Assembly (NCBI GenBank): GCA_015065885.1
Contig: SVPJ01000005.1
Coordinates: 1,915 to 65,914 of the forward strand
Direction: 5' to 3'
DNA from: Oscillospiraceae bacterium
GTDB lineage: Bacteria; Bacillota; Clostridia; Oscillospirales; Acutalibacteraceae
DNA length: 64,000 nt
Both the position numbers and the translations under genes were made by a program. Each line of letters begins with the position of its first letter. The stretch's first letter is position 1. Positions 30,709 through 40,025 of the stretch are shown in pieces. The notes under the pieces were generated by a model. The model saw only the letters and a list, made by a program, of their open reading frames with translations. It made no database searches and had not been told where the DNA came from.

Positions 30709-32497
30709 ATTGGATCGGCTCGAAATCGGCGGCGCCGTGTTTGCACAAGGGGCAGATGAAATCTTCAGGCAGTTCGTCGCCTTCGTACACGTAACCGCAC
30801 ACCTTACACACAAAGCCTTTTTTGCCGTCGGTCTGCGGCTTCGGTTTCACGTGATCCTGATAGTAGGTGTAGGTCATGGTCTCACGGTCGGACAGCACGC
30901 GCGCTTCACTCACCGAGCAGATGAACATGCCGTGGGTATCGAGGTCCACGTACTGTTCGACTTTGAGCGAGAGGAACGCGTTGATGTGCCGCGGCAGGAA
31001 GATCAGCCCGTTATCCGAACGCAGCGGTTCGCAATCGGCAAACTTGTCCACGTTGCGCCCGCTTTGGAACCCGAACTTTTCAAACACGGCAAACGGTGCG
31101 TCCACCGTCAGGCAGTTGATGTTCATCTTGCCGGTCTGTTTGATGACGTGGTGAGAATAGTTTTCCTTGTTGATGGTGACGGCGATGCGGTTCGGGGTGT
31201 TGGTCACCTGCGTGACGGTGTTGACGATCAACCCGTTGTCCTTTTTGCCGTCGTGCGAAGTCACGACATACAGACCGTACCCGATCTTGAAGAGGGCGGT
31301 AAGGTCGTTTTTATTGGCGGTGCTGTCCTGCTGTGCCAGGTATTCGCGGCAGAGTTCGTCCGCCAATGCGGTGATCTGTGCACGGCTTTCCTCGTTCAGG
31401 GCGGAGCGGATCTTTACGCCGCTTTCCGCAAAGGTGAGGTTTTTGCAGTTTTCCAGTGCGCGGTGCATCATCTTTGCCGCCTGCGGTGCCCAGGTGCCGT
31501 TTTCCACAAACGCGACCGTGCGGTTTTGGAAGTTGCGTTCGGTCAAATGGTCGATGAACTCCCGCATGAAGGGGAACATATCCGCATTATACGTGGTGGT
31601 AGCAAGCACCAATTTGCTGTAACGGAAGGCGTCCTCCACCGCTTCCGCCATATCACAGCGGGCAAGGTCGTTCACCACCACTTTCGGGCAACCGTTTTGA
31701 CGAAGCGCGTCCGCCAGTTGCAACACCGCTTTTTTGGTGTTGCCGTACACCGAGGTGTAGGCGATCACGATGCCTTCCTCTTCGGGTTGATAACTCGACC
31801 AGATGTCGTACAGGTTGAGGTAGTAACCGAGGTTTTCGGTGAGTACGGGACCGTGCAGAGGGCAGATGGTCTCGATATCCAAACCTGCCGCTTTTTTGAG
31901 CAGGGCTTGCACCTGTACGCCGTATTTGCCCACGATGCCGATGTAGTAGCGGCGGGCTTCGCACGCCCAATCCTCCTCCACGTCCAGTGCGCCGAATTTG
32001 CCGAAACCGTCCGCCGAAAACAACACTTTATCGGTGCTGTCGTAGGTGACGATGACCTCGGGCCAGTGCACCATGGGCGCGGTGACGAAGGAGAGGGTGT
32101 GGCGACCGAGGGTGAGGGTATCGCCTTCGCCGACCACCACCTGACGGTCGGCAAAATCGTTGCCGAAGAACTGCCCCATCATCACGAACGCTTTGGCCGA
32201 TGCGACGATCTTTGCGGTGGGGTACGCCTTGACAAAATTCACGATGTTGGCGGAATGGTCCGGCTCCATGTGTTGCACGATCAGATAGTTGGGTGTGCGC
32301 CCGCCGAGTGCGTTTTGCAGGTTGTCCAGCCATTCGTGGGTAAAGGCGGCGTCCACCGTATCCATTACGGCGACCTGCTCGTCCAGAATCACATAGGAGT
32401 TGTAGGACATGCCGTTCGGAACGACGTATTGCCCCTCAAACAAATCTACCTTATGGTCGTTGACACCGATGTATACGATATCGTTTGTAATCTTCAT
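30707..32497 (-). CDS. Multidomain flavodiiron protein: metallo-beta-lactamase-like diiron, flavodoxin-like, flavin-reductase-like and rubredoxin modules
   Basis: Diiron motif QHMEPDHS, a flavodoxin-like segment (IAYTSVYGNTKK), a flavin-reductase-like segment (DGKKDNGLIVNTVTQV...) and a C-terminal rubredoxin (CKVCGYVYEG...CPLCKHG). Confidence 0.8.
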   Translation of the reverse strand: MKITNDIVYIGVNDHKVDLFEGQYVVPNGMSYNSYVILDEQVAVMDTVDAAFTHEWLDNLQNALGGRTPNYLIVQHMEPDHSANIVNFVKAYPTAKIVASAKAFVMMGQFFGNDFADRQVVVGEGDTLTLGRHTLSFVTAPMVHWPEVIVTYDSTDKVLFSADGFGKFGALDVEEDWACEARRYYIGIVGKYGVQVQALLKKAAGLDIETICPLHGPVLTENLGYYLNLYDIWSSYQPEEEGIVIAYTSVYGNTKKAVLQLADALRQNGCPKVVVNDLARCDMAEAVEDAFRYSKLVLATTTYNADMFPFMREFIDHLTERNFQNRTVAFVENGTWAPQAAKMMHRALENCKNLTFAESGVKIRSALNEESRAQITALADELCREYLAQQDSTANKNDLTALFKIGYGLYVVTSHDGKKDNGLIVNTVTQVTNTPNRIAVTINKENYSHHVIKQTGKMNINCLTVDAPFAVFEKFGFQSGRNVDKFADCEPLRSDNGLIFLPRHINAFLSLKVEQYVDLDTHGMFICSVSEARVLSDRETMTYTYYQDHVKPKPQTDGKKGFVCKVCGYVYEGDELPEDFICPLCKHGAADFEPIQ

Positions 32498-32518
32498 TGT
32501 ATATCACCTCTATATAGT

Positions 32519-32547
32519 AGTATACTTGACTTTTTCGCAGTAATCAA
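32519..32547 (-). promoter_or_regulatory. Sigma-A promoter for the flavodiiron gene
   Basis: On the minus strand: TTGATT (32547-32542), 17-nt spacer, TATACT (32524-32519). Confidence 0.55.
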
Positions 32548-32568
32548 TACAAAAATGTGAAATAATTT

Positions 32569-32619
32569 AAAAGAGGCTTTTCATAGGCTCGGGTTGATCC
32601 TATGAAAAGCCTCTTTTTT
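32569..32619. terminator. Orphan bidirectional terminator-like hairpin between divergent genes
   Basis: 16-bp stem AGAGGCTTTTCATAGG / CCTATGAAAAGCCTCT, with an A-run on the left and T-run on the right. Confidence 0.6.
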
Positions 32620-32638
32620 GTGTCGCAACAAGGAGTCT

Positions 32639-32673
32639 TTGTTATGTTATAAAATATAACATATAATTATAAC
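32639..32673 (+). promoter_or_regulatory. Promoter with overlapping GTTATA/TATAAC operator-like half-sites upstream of the RHH gene
   Basis: TTGTTA (32639-32644), 17-nt spacer, TATAAT (32662-32667). Half-sites are GTTAT 32641-32645, GTTATA 32646-32651, TATAAC 32655-32660 and TATAAC 32668-32673. Confidence 0.45.
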
Positions 32674-32709
32674 ATTTGTCAAGGCATAATATTGGTGAGG
32701 TGGTTTTTT

Positions 32710-32898
32710 ATGAAAGAAAAACTGATTATTGATAAAAAAGCATTGAAGGGCGAGGATGGGTACAGGACGTTTTCTGTTCGTATTAGGGAAGAAACGGTGA
32801 AGAACCTGGATCAACTCGCGAAGGAGACCAACCGTTCCCGCAATGCGCTGATCAATCTGTTACTCGATTATGCACTGGAAAACAGCGAAGTGAAATAA
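32710..32898 (+). CDS. Ribbon-helix-helix (CopG/Arc/MetJ-type) DNA-binding protein
   Basis: 62 aa. The RTFSVRIREETVKNLDQLAKETNRSRNALINLLLDYAL pattern is beta strand-helix-helix. GGTGAGG RBS. Confidence 0.65.
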   Translation: MKEKLIIDKKALKGEDGYRTFSVRIREETVKNLDQLAKETNRSRNALINLLLDYALENSEVK

Positions 32899-32943
32899 AA
32901 AGCGGAGAGACTGTATCACCTACGATACAGTCTCTCCGTTTTT
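32898..32943. terminator. Bidirectional terminator between the RHH gene and ferritin
   Basis: 15-bp stem CGGAGAGACTGTATC / GATACAGTCTCTCCG flanked by A5 and T5. Confidence 0.8.
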
Positions 32944-32957
32944 ACGTATATTGTGTT

Positions 32958-33467
32958 TTACAGTACCAACGACGGGGCGGAGTACACGCGCGCCGCGAGT
33001 TCCTGGTTGAGCATATACAAACTCTTGGGGTCGCTGCCGAAGAGTTCCATTTTGGTGATGAGGTCGTGGGCGTTGGTCTCTTCTTCGCCCTGCTCTTTCA
33101 CGAACCAGTCGAGGAACTGCATGGTGCGGAAATCCCGCACGTCATACGCGGCGGCATAGATATCGTTGATGAGCGAGGTGACGTATTCCTCGTGTTCCAA
33201 CCCTGCCTTCAGCACGTCCATGTGGCAGGTGAAGGTCTTGTCGGGCTTGGCAATGGCGTCCAGCGTGACGGTTTGGCTTTCGTTTTGCAGGTAGGTGTAA
33301 AACAGCATCGCGTGGTCGCGTTCCTCCTGCGCCTGGATCTTATACCAGTTGGCAAAGCCGTCCAAGCCGACCGCTTCGAAGTAATTCGAAAAATCGAGAT
33401 ACAAATAGGCGGAGTAGAACTCCTTGTTGATCTGTTGGTTGAGCAATTCGTGTACTTTTGCGTTCAT
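32958..33467 (-). CDS. ftn: Non-haem ferritin
   Basis: 169 aa; NQQINKEFYSAYLYLDFSNYF...QAQEERDHAMLFYTYL...EHEEYVT ferroxidase-centre pattern. Confidence 0.88.
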   Translation of the reverse strand: MNAKVHELLNQQINKEFYSAYLYLDFSNYFEAVGLDGFANWYKIQAQEERDHAMLFYTYLQNESQTVTLDAIAKPDKTFTCHMDVLKAGLEHEEYVTSLINDIYAAAYDVRDFRTMQFLDWFVKEQGEEETNAHDLITKMELFGSDPKSLYMLNQELAARVYSAPSLVL

Positions 33468-33512
33468 AGCAAAGACCTCCTTTAACGTTTGCTTTCATTA
33501 TACCGAAATTTC

Positions 33513-35597
33513 TTAGAAAATGCAATAGTGAATCTCCGGGGGGCAGGTGATGCGCGGCGGTTTGCCCGCGTGCATCTCACAGGTGACCTTGCCGTGCGGG
33601 GTGAGTAACTCGACCGTGGCGTGTTGCAGACCGAGCAACGAGGGGGAGAGGGTGATCTTCCGCATTCCCGCCTCCTCTACCGTCAACCCGAGCAGTGCTT
33701 TCGGGAGCGAATAGAGCGGCGTGCCGCCCCAGGCGTGACTATGGTCAAAAGTATAGTGTTCTTCGGGCGAGATAAACCCTTCGACCAATCCTTTGCGGCA
33801 GGCCGCGACGGGTGCTTTCCACCTCTCGAGCAGCGGAAGGGTGTATTGCTCGCGCAGTCCCAAACGGAACACCGCCTCCAACAGATAATGCAAAAAGTAC
33901 GGCTGACATTCCGTGAGATCTTCTTCGAACAAGCGATGGAGGATCCGGCGCGCCGTATCGTCGTCACACACGCCGAAAAGTGCGGCGAGAATGTTGGCGT
34001 AGGGGAGGAAATACCGTTTGTCGGTGTTTGGCGGCATCTCATTCCGTAAAAGGGCGTCGGGGGTGGGGGTATTCAGCCCCTCGTGGTACAGTCCGCGCGC
34101 GGCATCAAACAAATGGGTGTTGATGGCATGGCGCAAGTCCTCCCGCAGAGCGGTACACCGCGTGTGTTCGGCAGGGAGACCGATCGTTTCGTATATACGG
34201 GCGGCGGCGTCGAGTGCGCCGAAATAAAACATATTCAGTACCGATTGCCCGAGTGCTTTGGGCGGGTGATGCAGGGAATACCCGTCGATAAACCGCCAAT
34301 CGACAAACATATAGTCGGGTGGCGTTTCAAGCAGTCCGTTATCGCCAAGGTAGGTTTCAAAACGGGTCAGAAGTTTTTGCAGTGCCGTTCGACAACGGGT
34401 GAGCAAAGAAACGTCTCCTGTCAGCATATACGTATCCCACAACCATCGCACCCAGATCAGCGAATAGGTGGTGTGATACATACGTCCGTTCTCGCGTTCA
34501 AGCAAGACGGCGGTACGCAAAATGTCGAACTGTGCCAGCCGCATATCTCCGAAGGCGAAGGGAGTCATCAGACTTTCGATGTAATAATCTCCCGTGCAGG
34601 CGAGCGGCTCGCAGTGGCGGGTGCTGTCGAGGTGCAAGGTCTGCCGACATATTTTTAAGGTGTGACGGCAGGTGTCCAGTACCGTGTTCAGGGCTTCGTC
34701 GCTGCAAAGTGTGCGCGCTTCTTCGGTTACGGGATAATGCGTCACAATAAACGTGACGGTGATGGTGAGCGGGGCGTTCGAACGGTTTTCAAACGTGGCG
34801 GCGATCTGCCCCGCACTGTGCAGGGCAAAACCGCGATAGTGCGCGCCGTCACACAAAGTCAATGCTTCACGGCTGCCTTCCTCGCCCGCTTCGCTGAACG
34901 TGAAGACGGCGTGTGCCGTGCCGTTTCCTTCGGCACTCACCGCGAGAAAACCACCGAAAATACGGTCGAGTTCCCACGTGTGGGTGACGGTCTCGCCTGC
35001 CGCCGCCGTGACGGCCGCGTGTTTTAAGGGATAGGCGTATTCCGCCCGCACGGGAATGGGCGCGGGTGTGGCGTGCCAACTGTCGTCGAGCGTCGCGGCG
35101 GGCACAAACGGTGCCGCAGGCTGTGTGGCGTCGAAGCAAAAGGGTGCGGTGTACGCCGTGCTTTTTCGCATCTCCCAATCCTCGCCCGTCCCGAGCGTGT
35201 GCGTTTTGCCGTCGGCGGTGGTGACCGTTGCCGTCAGCAAAAAGCCGCCGTGCCCTTTGGAAAATTCGAACAACTGCACCGGCATCGTTTGCACGCGCGC
35301 GAAAAAGCGGAGTTCGTCGGCGTGCGGTGCGACCGTCACTTCAAAGGTATAAAAATTGTCCCGCGGCGTATCGTTGCCGATAAAGTCACCGCCCACACTC
35401 GGTGGGCCGGTCATAATACAGGCATCGTTTAAAAACAGTTGAAACGCCGTGTCGCCGCACGCCTGCACGGTGGCACGGGTGACCGGCGTGTCAAAACGGT
35501 AGGTACGGCGAAATTCCGCGACGGTGTAATGCACGGGGTCGCCGCCCGCAGCAAAGGGACCGCAGAGAGAAGAAGGAAAGCCGATCCAGTGGGTCAT
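33513..35597 (-). CDS. GH78-like (alpha-L-rhamnosidase family) six-hairpin glycoside hydrolase
   Basis: The CEPLACTGDYYIESL and GDVSLL...NGLLETPPDYMFVDW blocks resemble the rhamnosidase (alpha/alpha)6 catalytic domain. N-terminal beta-sandwich region. Confidence 0.5.
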   Translation of the reverse strand: MTHWIGFPSSLCGPFAAGGDPVHYTVAEFRRTYRFDTPVTRATVQACGDTAFQLFLNDACIMTGPPSVGGDFIGNDTPRDNFYTFEVTVAPHADELRFFARVQTMPVQLFEFSKGHGGFLLTATVTTADGKTHTLGTGEDWEMRKSTAYTAPFCFDATQPAAPFVPAATLDDSWHATPAPIPVRAEYAYPLKHAAVTAAAGETVTHTWELDRIFGGFLAVSAEGNGTAHAVFTFSEAGEEGSREALTLCDGAHYRGFALHSAGQIAATFENRSNAPLTITVTFIVTHYPVTEEARTLCSDEALNTVLDTCRHTLKICRQTLHLDSTRHCEPLACTGDYYIESLMTPFAFGDMRLAQFDILRTAVLLERENGRMYHTTYSLIWVRWLWDTYMLTGDVSLLTRCRTALQKLLTRFETYLGDNGLLETPPDYMFVDWRFIDGYSLHHPPKALGQSVLNMFYFGALDAAARIYETIGLPAEHTRCTALREDLRHAINTHLFDAARGLYHEGLNTPTPDALLRNEMPPNTDKRYFLPYANILAALFGVCDDDTARRILHRLFEEDLTECQPYFLHYLLEAVFRLGLREQYTLPLLERWKAPVAACRKGLVEGFISPEEHYTFDHSHAWGGTPLYSLPKALLGLTVEEAGMRKITLSPSLLGLQHATVELLTPHGKVTCEMHAGKPPRITCPPEIHYCIF

Positions 35598-35600
35598 ACG

Positions 35601-36569
35601 TCACCTCATTGATTGGCCGCGCAGTACGGCGTCGTACACGGCGGCGGACTCCATCGTGATCTGCGGAGTCACGACGTCGCTCGTGAGTTTGCCTGCGGCA
35701 AGACATTGTAACACGTGTTCGATCTGGAATTCAAAGCCGTTTTCCCACGGGGCGTGGAATTCTTCCGCCAGGCAGCGGTGTTTATCGTACAGACGGACGG
35801 TCTGCAGGCTGATGATGCAGGGGCATTCCACGTAGCCGTCACTGCCGTTTAACACCGAAAACTCCCGCACGTTGGCGGAAATACTGCACTGCAACGAGAT
35901 ATCGCACGAGGCGGTGCGCAACAGAAGGGCGGCGCGCTCATCCACCCCCGTTACGGGATGCGGACGCCACACACCGTGAACTTCCACGATAGGCTCCCCG
36001 ATGAGATAGCGAAGCGGCTCGATGGCGTAGACGCCGATATCGTACATACCGCCGCCCGCGAGCGCGGGGTTCAAAAGACGCCCTTCGGGGTTTTGGTCAC
36101 AGTGAAAGCCCAGTGCCCCCATGGCGGAATGCACGGTGCCGATGCGCCCGCTCTCCACCCATTCTTTGGCTTTTTGGTACGCAGGCAAAAAGCACGACCA
36201 CATGGCCTCCATCAGAAAGAGACCGCGTGCGGCGGCTTCGCGGAACACCTCTTCGGCATCCGCACGGGTCAGCACCATCGGCTTTTCGCACAGCACGTGC
36301 TTGCCGTGGGAGAGCGCCAACAGAATGTTCTCTTTATGAAAATTGTGGGTGGTGGCGATATACACGGCGTCAATGTCCGCGCGTTGCAACATCGCCTCGT
36401 ACGAAGCGTAGAAGGCGGGGACGTGGCACCGCGCGGCAAAGTCCGAAGCCCGTGCGGCAGAGGTGGAAGCGACCGCCGCTACCTCGGCGCCCTCCACGTT
36501 TTTCACAGCGTCGCAAAAGCGGGCGGCGATGTTGCCCGCCCCGATAATGCCGAAACGGCACAGTGACAT
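35601..36569 (-). CDS. Gfo/Idh/MocA family NAD(P)-dependent oxidoreductase
   Basis: N-terminal Rossmann motif FGIIGAGNIAARF and EKP motif (LCEKPM). ATG at 36569 has a GAGGAG RBS. Confidence 0.8.
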   Translation of the reverse strand: MSLCRFGIIGAGNIAARFCDAVKNVEGAEVAAVASTSAARASDFAARCHVPAFYASYEAMLQRADIDAVYIATTHNFHKENILLALSHGKHVLCEKPMVLTRADAEEVFREAAARGLFLMEAMWSCFLPAYQKAKEWVESGRIGTVHSAMGALGFHCDQNPEGRLLNPALAGGGMYDIGVYAIEPLRYLIGEPIVEVHGVWRPHPVTGVDERAALLLRTASCDISLQCSISANVREFSVLNGSDGYVECPCIISLQTVRLYDKHRCLAEEFHAPWENGFEFQIEHVLQCLAAGKLTSDVVTPQITMESAAVYDAVLRGQSMR

Positions 36570-36574
36570 AGGGA

Positions 36575-37852
36575 TCACTCCTCGTCTTTAGTTAAGCGAT
36601 ATTCCAGTGTAAAGGGTTCATCCTTTGCATCCTGCACGCGCAGCAGTACGGCGTCGCCGGGTGCAAGGGTGAGGGAGATGCTTTCGGTGCTGTCGCACAG
36701 CACGCTTTGCCGTCCCGTTTCGCGGCTGACTTCGTAGAGGCGGTACGCCTTTTTAAGCGGCAGGGAGACGGTTTGTTCCACCGTGAAATCGCGGTTTAAC
36801 ACCATCACGTACGCGTTGCCGTAGGCATCGCACAGTTCGCCCGCCGAAAGGCGGGTGGGAAGGGCGGCGGCGAAGATATCGCTTTCGGCAATATCGTCCG
36901 CCAGGCCTTTAAAGAACGGGACGTCGGGCAACAGGTCGGGCGAGTGGAAGACGTAGCGGTTTTCCAGTGCCATCAGCGTGTTGCCGAGTTTTTTGAATTC
37001 GCGGTGGATGGCTTTTTGCTGTTCAAAGAAGGGGCCGCGCTGTCCGTCGTCGGTGATGACGGTGTCCACCACGGTGAAGTGCTGTAAAGCCTTGCACCCG
37101 TACATAGCGGCGGCGTACATCTGTTCGCGCACCATCGGGAATTCGAAGTGCGGGTATTTATAAAGGTTCATACCGAGATAGTAAAACCACAGCGGCATTT
37201 GGTATTTTCTGCCGAGCAGGCGCATCACCCCGAGGTCGCACCACACGAGCGAATCGTCGAGCTGATGCTCGTCGGTGTAGCCGGGCAAGCCGATGGGGTA
37301 GTAATCGAGCGACAGAATAGGCGGGTCGATCACCGTGACGTATCGCTCGAGATAGTCCGCAAACTGTCCGTTTTGCCAGGTGTAAATATCGTTATAGCTC
37401 GGAATTGCCACGGTGAAGGGCAGACGGGCGGGGTCTTCCTTTTGAAACAGATCCACCACACGGCGTGCTTCGGCCAGCTGATCGTCCTTATACGGCTCGT
37501 CCCAAATGTAATAGCCGTAGCAGTGGCGATAGGGGCGGGTGTGATCCGTCACCGCTTTGGCACCGTTCCACGGGCCGCGGTCCAGATGCCACTCCTGCAT
37601 ACCGCCGAAACGGGAAAAATCCTGAAACAGAATGTCCACCTGCAACTCTTCGCAGATACGCAGGGATTCTTCCGCCGCTTCGTGGGACGCCCAGCCCATT
37701 TCGAGCAGGTTGAATCCGCATTCGGCGCAGTTTGTGAGTCCTTCGCGCAACGCCGTGGTGTGGGCGCGGAAGGTGGAGAGGATGAAGTTGTCCTGCCGCC
37801 ACACACGGCGCGGGTTGCCGAGGGGGTAGCGGTTTAAAATGCGATGTTCCAT
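36575..37852 (-). CDS. Hypothetical protein, possibly a TIM-barrel glycosidase-like enzyme
   Basis: 425-aa ORF tightly packed in a sugar-related operon. Alternating beta/alpha pattern (GFNLLEMGW, YYIWDEP). No firm family assignment. Confidence 0.35.
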   Translation of the reverse strand: MEHRILNRYPLGNPRRVWRQDNFILSTFRAHTTALREGLTNCAECGFNLLEMGWASHEAAEESLRICEELQVDILFQDFSRFGGMQEWHLDRGPWNGAKAVTDHTRPYRHCYGYYIWDEPYKDDQLAEARRVVDLFQKEDPARLPFTVAIPSYNDIYTWQNGQFADYLERYVTVIDPPILSLDYYPIGLPGYTDEHQLDDSLVWCDLGVMRLLGRKYQMPLWFYYLGMNLYKYPHFEFPMVREQMYAAAMYGCKALQHFTVVDTVITDDGQRGPFFEQQKAIHREFKKLGNTLMALENRYVFHSPDLLPDVPFFKGLADDIAESDIFAAALPTRLSAGELCDAYGNAYVMVLNRDFTVEQTVSLPLKKAYRLYEVSRETGRQSVLCDSTESISLTLAPGDAVLLRVQDAKDEPFTLEYRLTKDEE

Positions 37853-37855
37853 TTT

Positions 37856-38614
37856 TTACTTCTCCTTTTTGGCGCGGCGGTCTTTCAGATGCCACGGAAG
37901 ATACGCGAGGACGAACAAGAGGGTGATCACGGCAAGCATTACCAAGAGACGCAGAAGGAAGTTCGGCGGGAGAATATCCAGCACCGAGGGGGTGTCTTCG
38001 GGTTTGGCCATAAAGAGGTAGTTCGCGCCGGGGCCAAGGAGGCGGTTGGCGGCATAGGCAATGACCGCGAGTACCGCAAGTGCCCCGTACGAGCGAAAGA
38101 GCGACCGCCACGTCGGGCGCATGTTATGTACGAAGATCATATAAAAGATCGCCACGTAGCCGAGCAGATGCTCCGCCCAGAATTGGTAATACCGAAAACG
38201 GGTGGGGCCGGTGTAGGTGATAACGGTGGGGGTGAGAAGTGCAAACACCGTGCCTGAAAGCAACCAGAAATAGGAGATGTCAAACAGTGCTTGCGATTTG
38301 CTCACCACCATGTAACTGCAAAAGACGACTGCCCAGCCGCACACGGTAATGGGCAGATGATCAATAGGATTTGGCCCCAGCGACGGGATCGCGATCAATC
38401 GCCAGTAGTAGGACATTTCCGACACGATCAGCGCGAAGGCAAGTGCCCAGCGGAATTTCGGCTCGTATTTCGAGCGGGCGAGCGGGTCGCGGAAACGGTA
38501 GATCAAGAAGATCACGGCAACGCCGACCAAAATGGGCAGAAAGTGCGCGAGCGTGAAGTTTTGAAACTCCACCGTATCACCCTGCCCGAAAAAATAGCGT
38601 AAAAAGTCTTTCAT
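37856..38614 (-). CDS. YwaF/TIGR02206-family integral membrane protein
   Basis: Polytopic protein with HLPITVCGW and YQFWAEHLLGY blocks as recalled for the YwaF family. ATG at 38614 has a GAGGTG RBS. Confidence 0.55.
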   Translation of the reverse strand: MKDFLRYFFGQGDTVEFQNFTLAHFLPILVGVAVIFLIYRFRDPLARSKYEPKFRWALAFALIVSEMSYYWRLIAIPSLGPNPIDHLPITVCGWAVVFCSYMVVSKSQALFDISYFWLLSGTVFALLTPTVITYTGPTRFRYYQFWAEHLLGYVAIFYMIFVHNMRPTWRSLFRSYGALAVLAVIAYAANRLLGPGANYLFMAKPEDTPSVLDILPPNFLLRLLVMLAVITLLFVLAYLPWHLKDRRAKKEK

Positions 38615-38701
38615 AACGTAACACCTCAAAAGAAGTATACCACATTCGACAGGGTTTGACAACCGGAAAATCCGCCACCGAAAACGGTGACGGATTTCGT
38701 T

Positions 38702-39937
38702 TTACTTCTTCGGGCGGGGCAGTGCTTCGGGCAGGACGTAGTGCTGCGGGATACCGTTTTTCATGCGGAAATTTTGCTCGCCTTGAATCAGCGGCAGAGT
38801 GTAACGGATGGCGTCCTCGGTGACGTCGTTGCCCGCTTCGTTGATCCATTCGGTGGGGAAATACTTTACGTGGTTGGCGACCTTTTCCGCCTCTACCGAC
38901 ACGATGCGGACGTTGTACGGACGGTCGGAGATGCGTTGAAATACCATCATCTTGCCCGATTCACCGTTCAGCGCCGCTTTCACCGCCGCACCGCCGATGC
39001 GTTCCGCTTCGGTGATGTCCCGCTTGGAGCTTAAATGCGAGGCACAGCGTTGCATGACGTTGAGTTCGATTGAACGCACTTTGCACCCTATCTCACGGGT
39101 AACGACCTTTTCAAGTGCTTTGCCGACACCGGCGAGATACTTGTGGCCGAACGCGTCGTTTTTGCCCGACTGGAAACCTTCCGCTTCGTCGGGGGAGAGT
39201 TCGATTCCTTCCGACACCGCGACGATGACGGCGGGGTAGGTCGCCTGCACGCGGCGGCAGTCCTCAACAAATTGCTTGACCGAGAAAGGACGCTCGGGCA
39301 GATAGATGAGGTGGGGGGCGACTTCGCCGTTCGCACGAAGCACGGCGGAGGCGGCGGTGAGCCAGCCGGTGTCGCGTCCCATAATTTCCACGATGGTGAC
39401 CGATTCCACCGAATAGACACTGCTGTCCCGCGTGATCTCCTGTATGCTGGTGGCAATGTATTTCGCCGCCGAGCCGAAACCGGGGGTGTGGTCGGTCACG
39501 GGCAGGTCGTTGTCGATGGTCTTCGGAATACCGATCACCTTGATGTCGATGTTGTTTGCCTCAAAATAACGGTCGAGCTTCATCACCGTGTCCATCGAAT
39601 CGTTGCCGCCGATGTAGAAAAAGGCGCGAATATCCCGCGCACGCAGGGTGGCGACGATGGTCTCGTACACCGCATCCCCGCTGTCGGGTGCGGGCAGTTT
39701 GTAACGGCAGGAGCCGAGCACGGTGGACGGGGTCTGACGGATCAGTTCCACGTCGTCGTCGCTTTGGATGATGTCATTCAAACTGACGAAATTGTTATAG
39801 ATCAGCCCTTCCACGCCGTTGACGGCGCCGTACACCGTTTCGATGTCCTCATACTTCGTGGCGTGGCGAAACACGCCGAGCAGGGAGGCGTTGATGGCAC
39901 AGGTCGGACCGCCCGACTGGGCAACGGCAATATTCAT
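38702..39937 (-). CDS. pfk: 6-phosphofructokinase (long PFK-A family form; phosphoryl donor not assignable)
   Basis: QSGGPTCAIN, FFYIGGNDS, GIPKTIDNDL and MGRDTGWL blocks. ATG at 39937 has a GAGGAG RBS. Confidence 0.85.
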   Translation of the reverse strand: MNIAVAQSGGPTCAINASLLGVFRHATKYEDIETVYGAVNGVEGLIYNNFVSLNDIIQSDDDVELIRQTPSTVLGSCRYKLPAPDSGDAVYETIVATLRARDIRAFFYIGGNDSMDTVMKLDRYFEANNIDIKVIGIPKTIDNDLPVTDHTPGFGSAAKYIATSIQEITRDSSVYSVESVTIVEIMGRDTGWLTAASAVLRANGEVAPHLIYLPERPFSVKQFVEDCRRVQATYPAVIVAVSEGIELSPDEAEGFQSGKNDAFGHKYLAGVGKALEKVVTREIGCKVRSIELNVMQRCASHLSSKRDITEAERIGGAAVKAALNGESGKMMVFQRISDRPYNVRIVSVEAEKVANHVKYFPTEWINEAGNDVTEDAIRYTLPLIQGEQNFRMKNGIPQHYVLPEALPRPKK

Positions 39938-40025
39938 GGTACATTCTCCTCGCATTGTGATACGCGGTTAGTATAGCACAAAAACCGACGAATTACAAGA
40001 AGAAAACGCAAAAAAGAACCGATTT

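Noticed and set aside
32710-32898. RHH protein as the antitoxin of a type II toxin-antitoxin pair.
   Set aside because: No toxin-sized ORF lies upstream or downstream before the terminators. This may be a solitary regulator or a decayed module.
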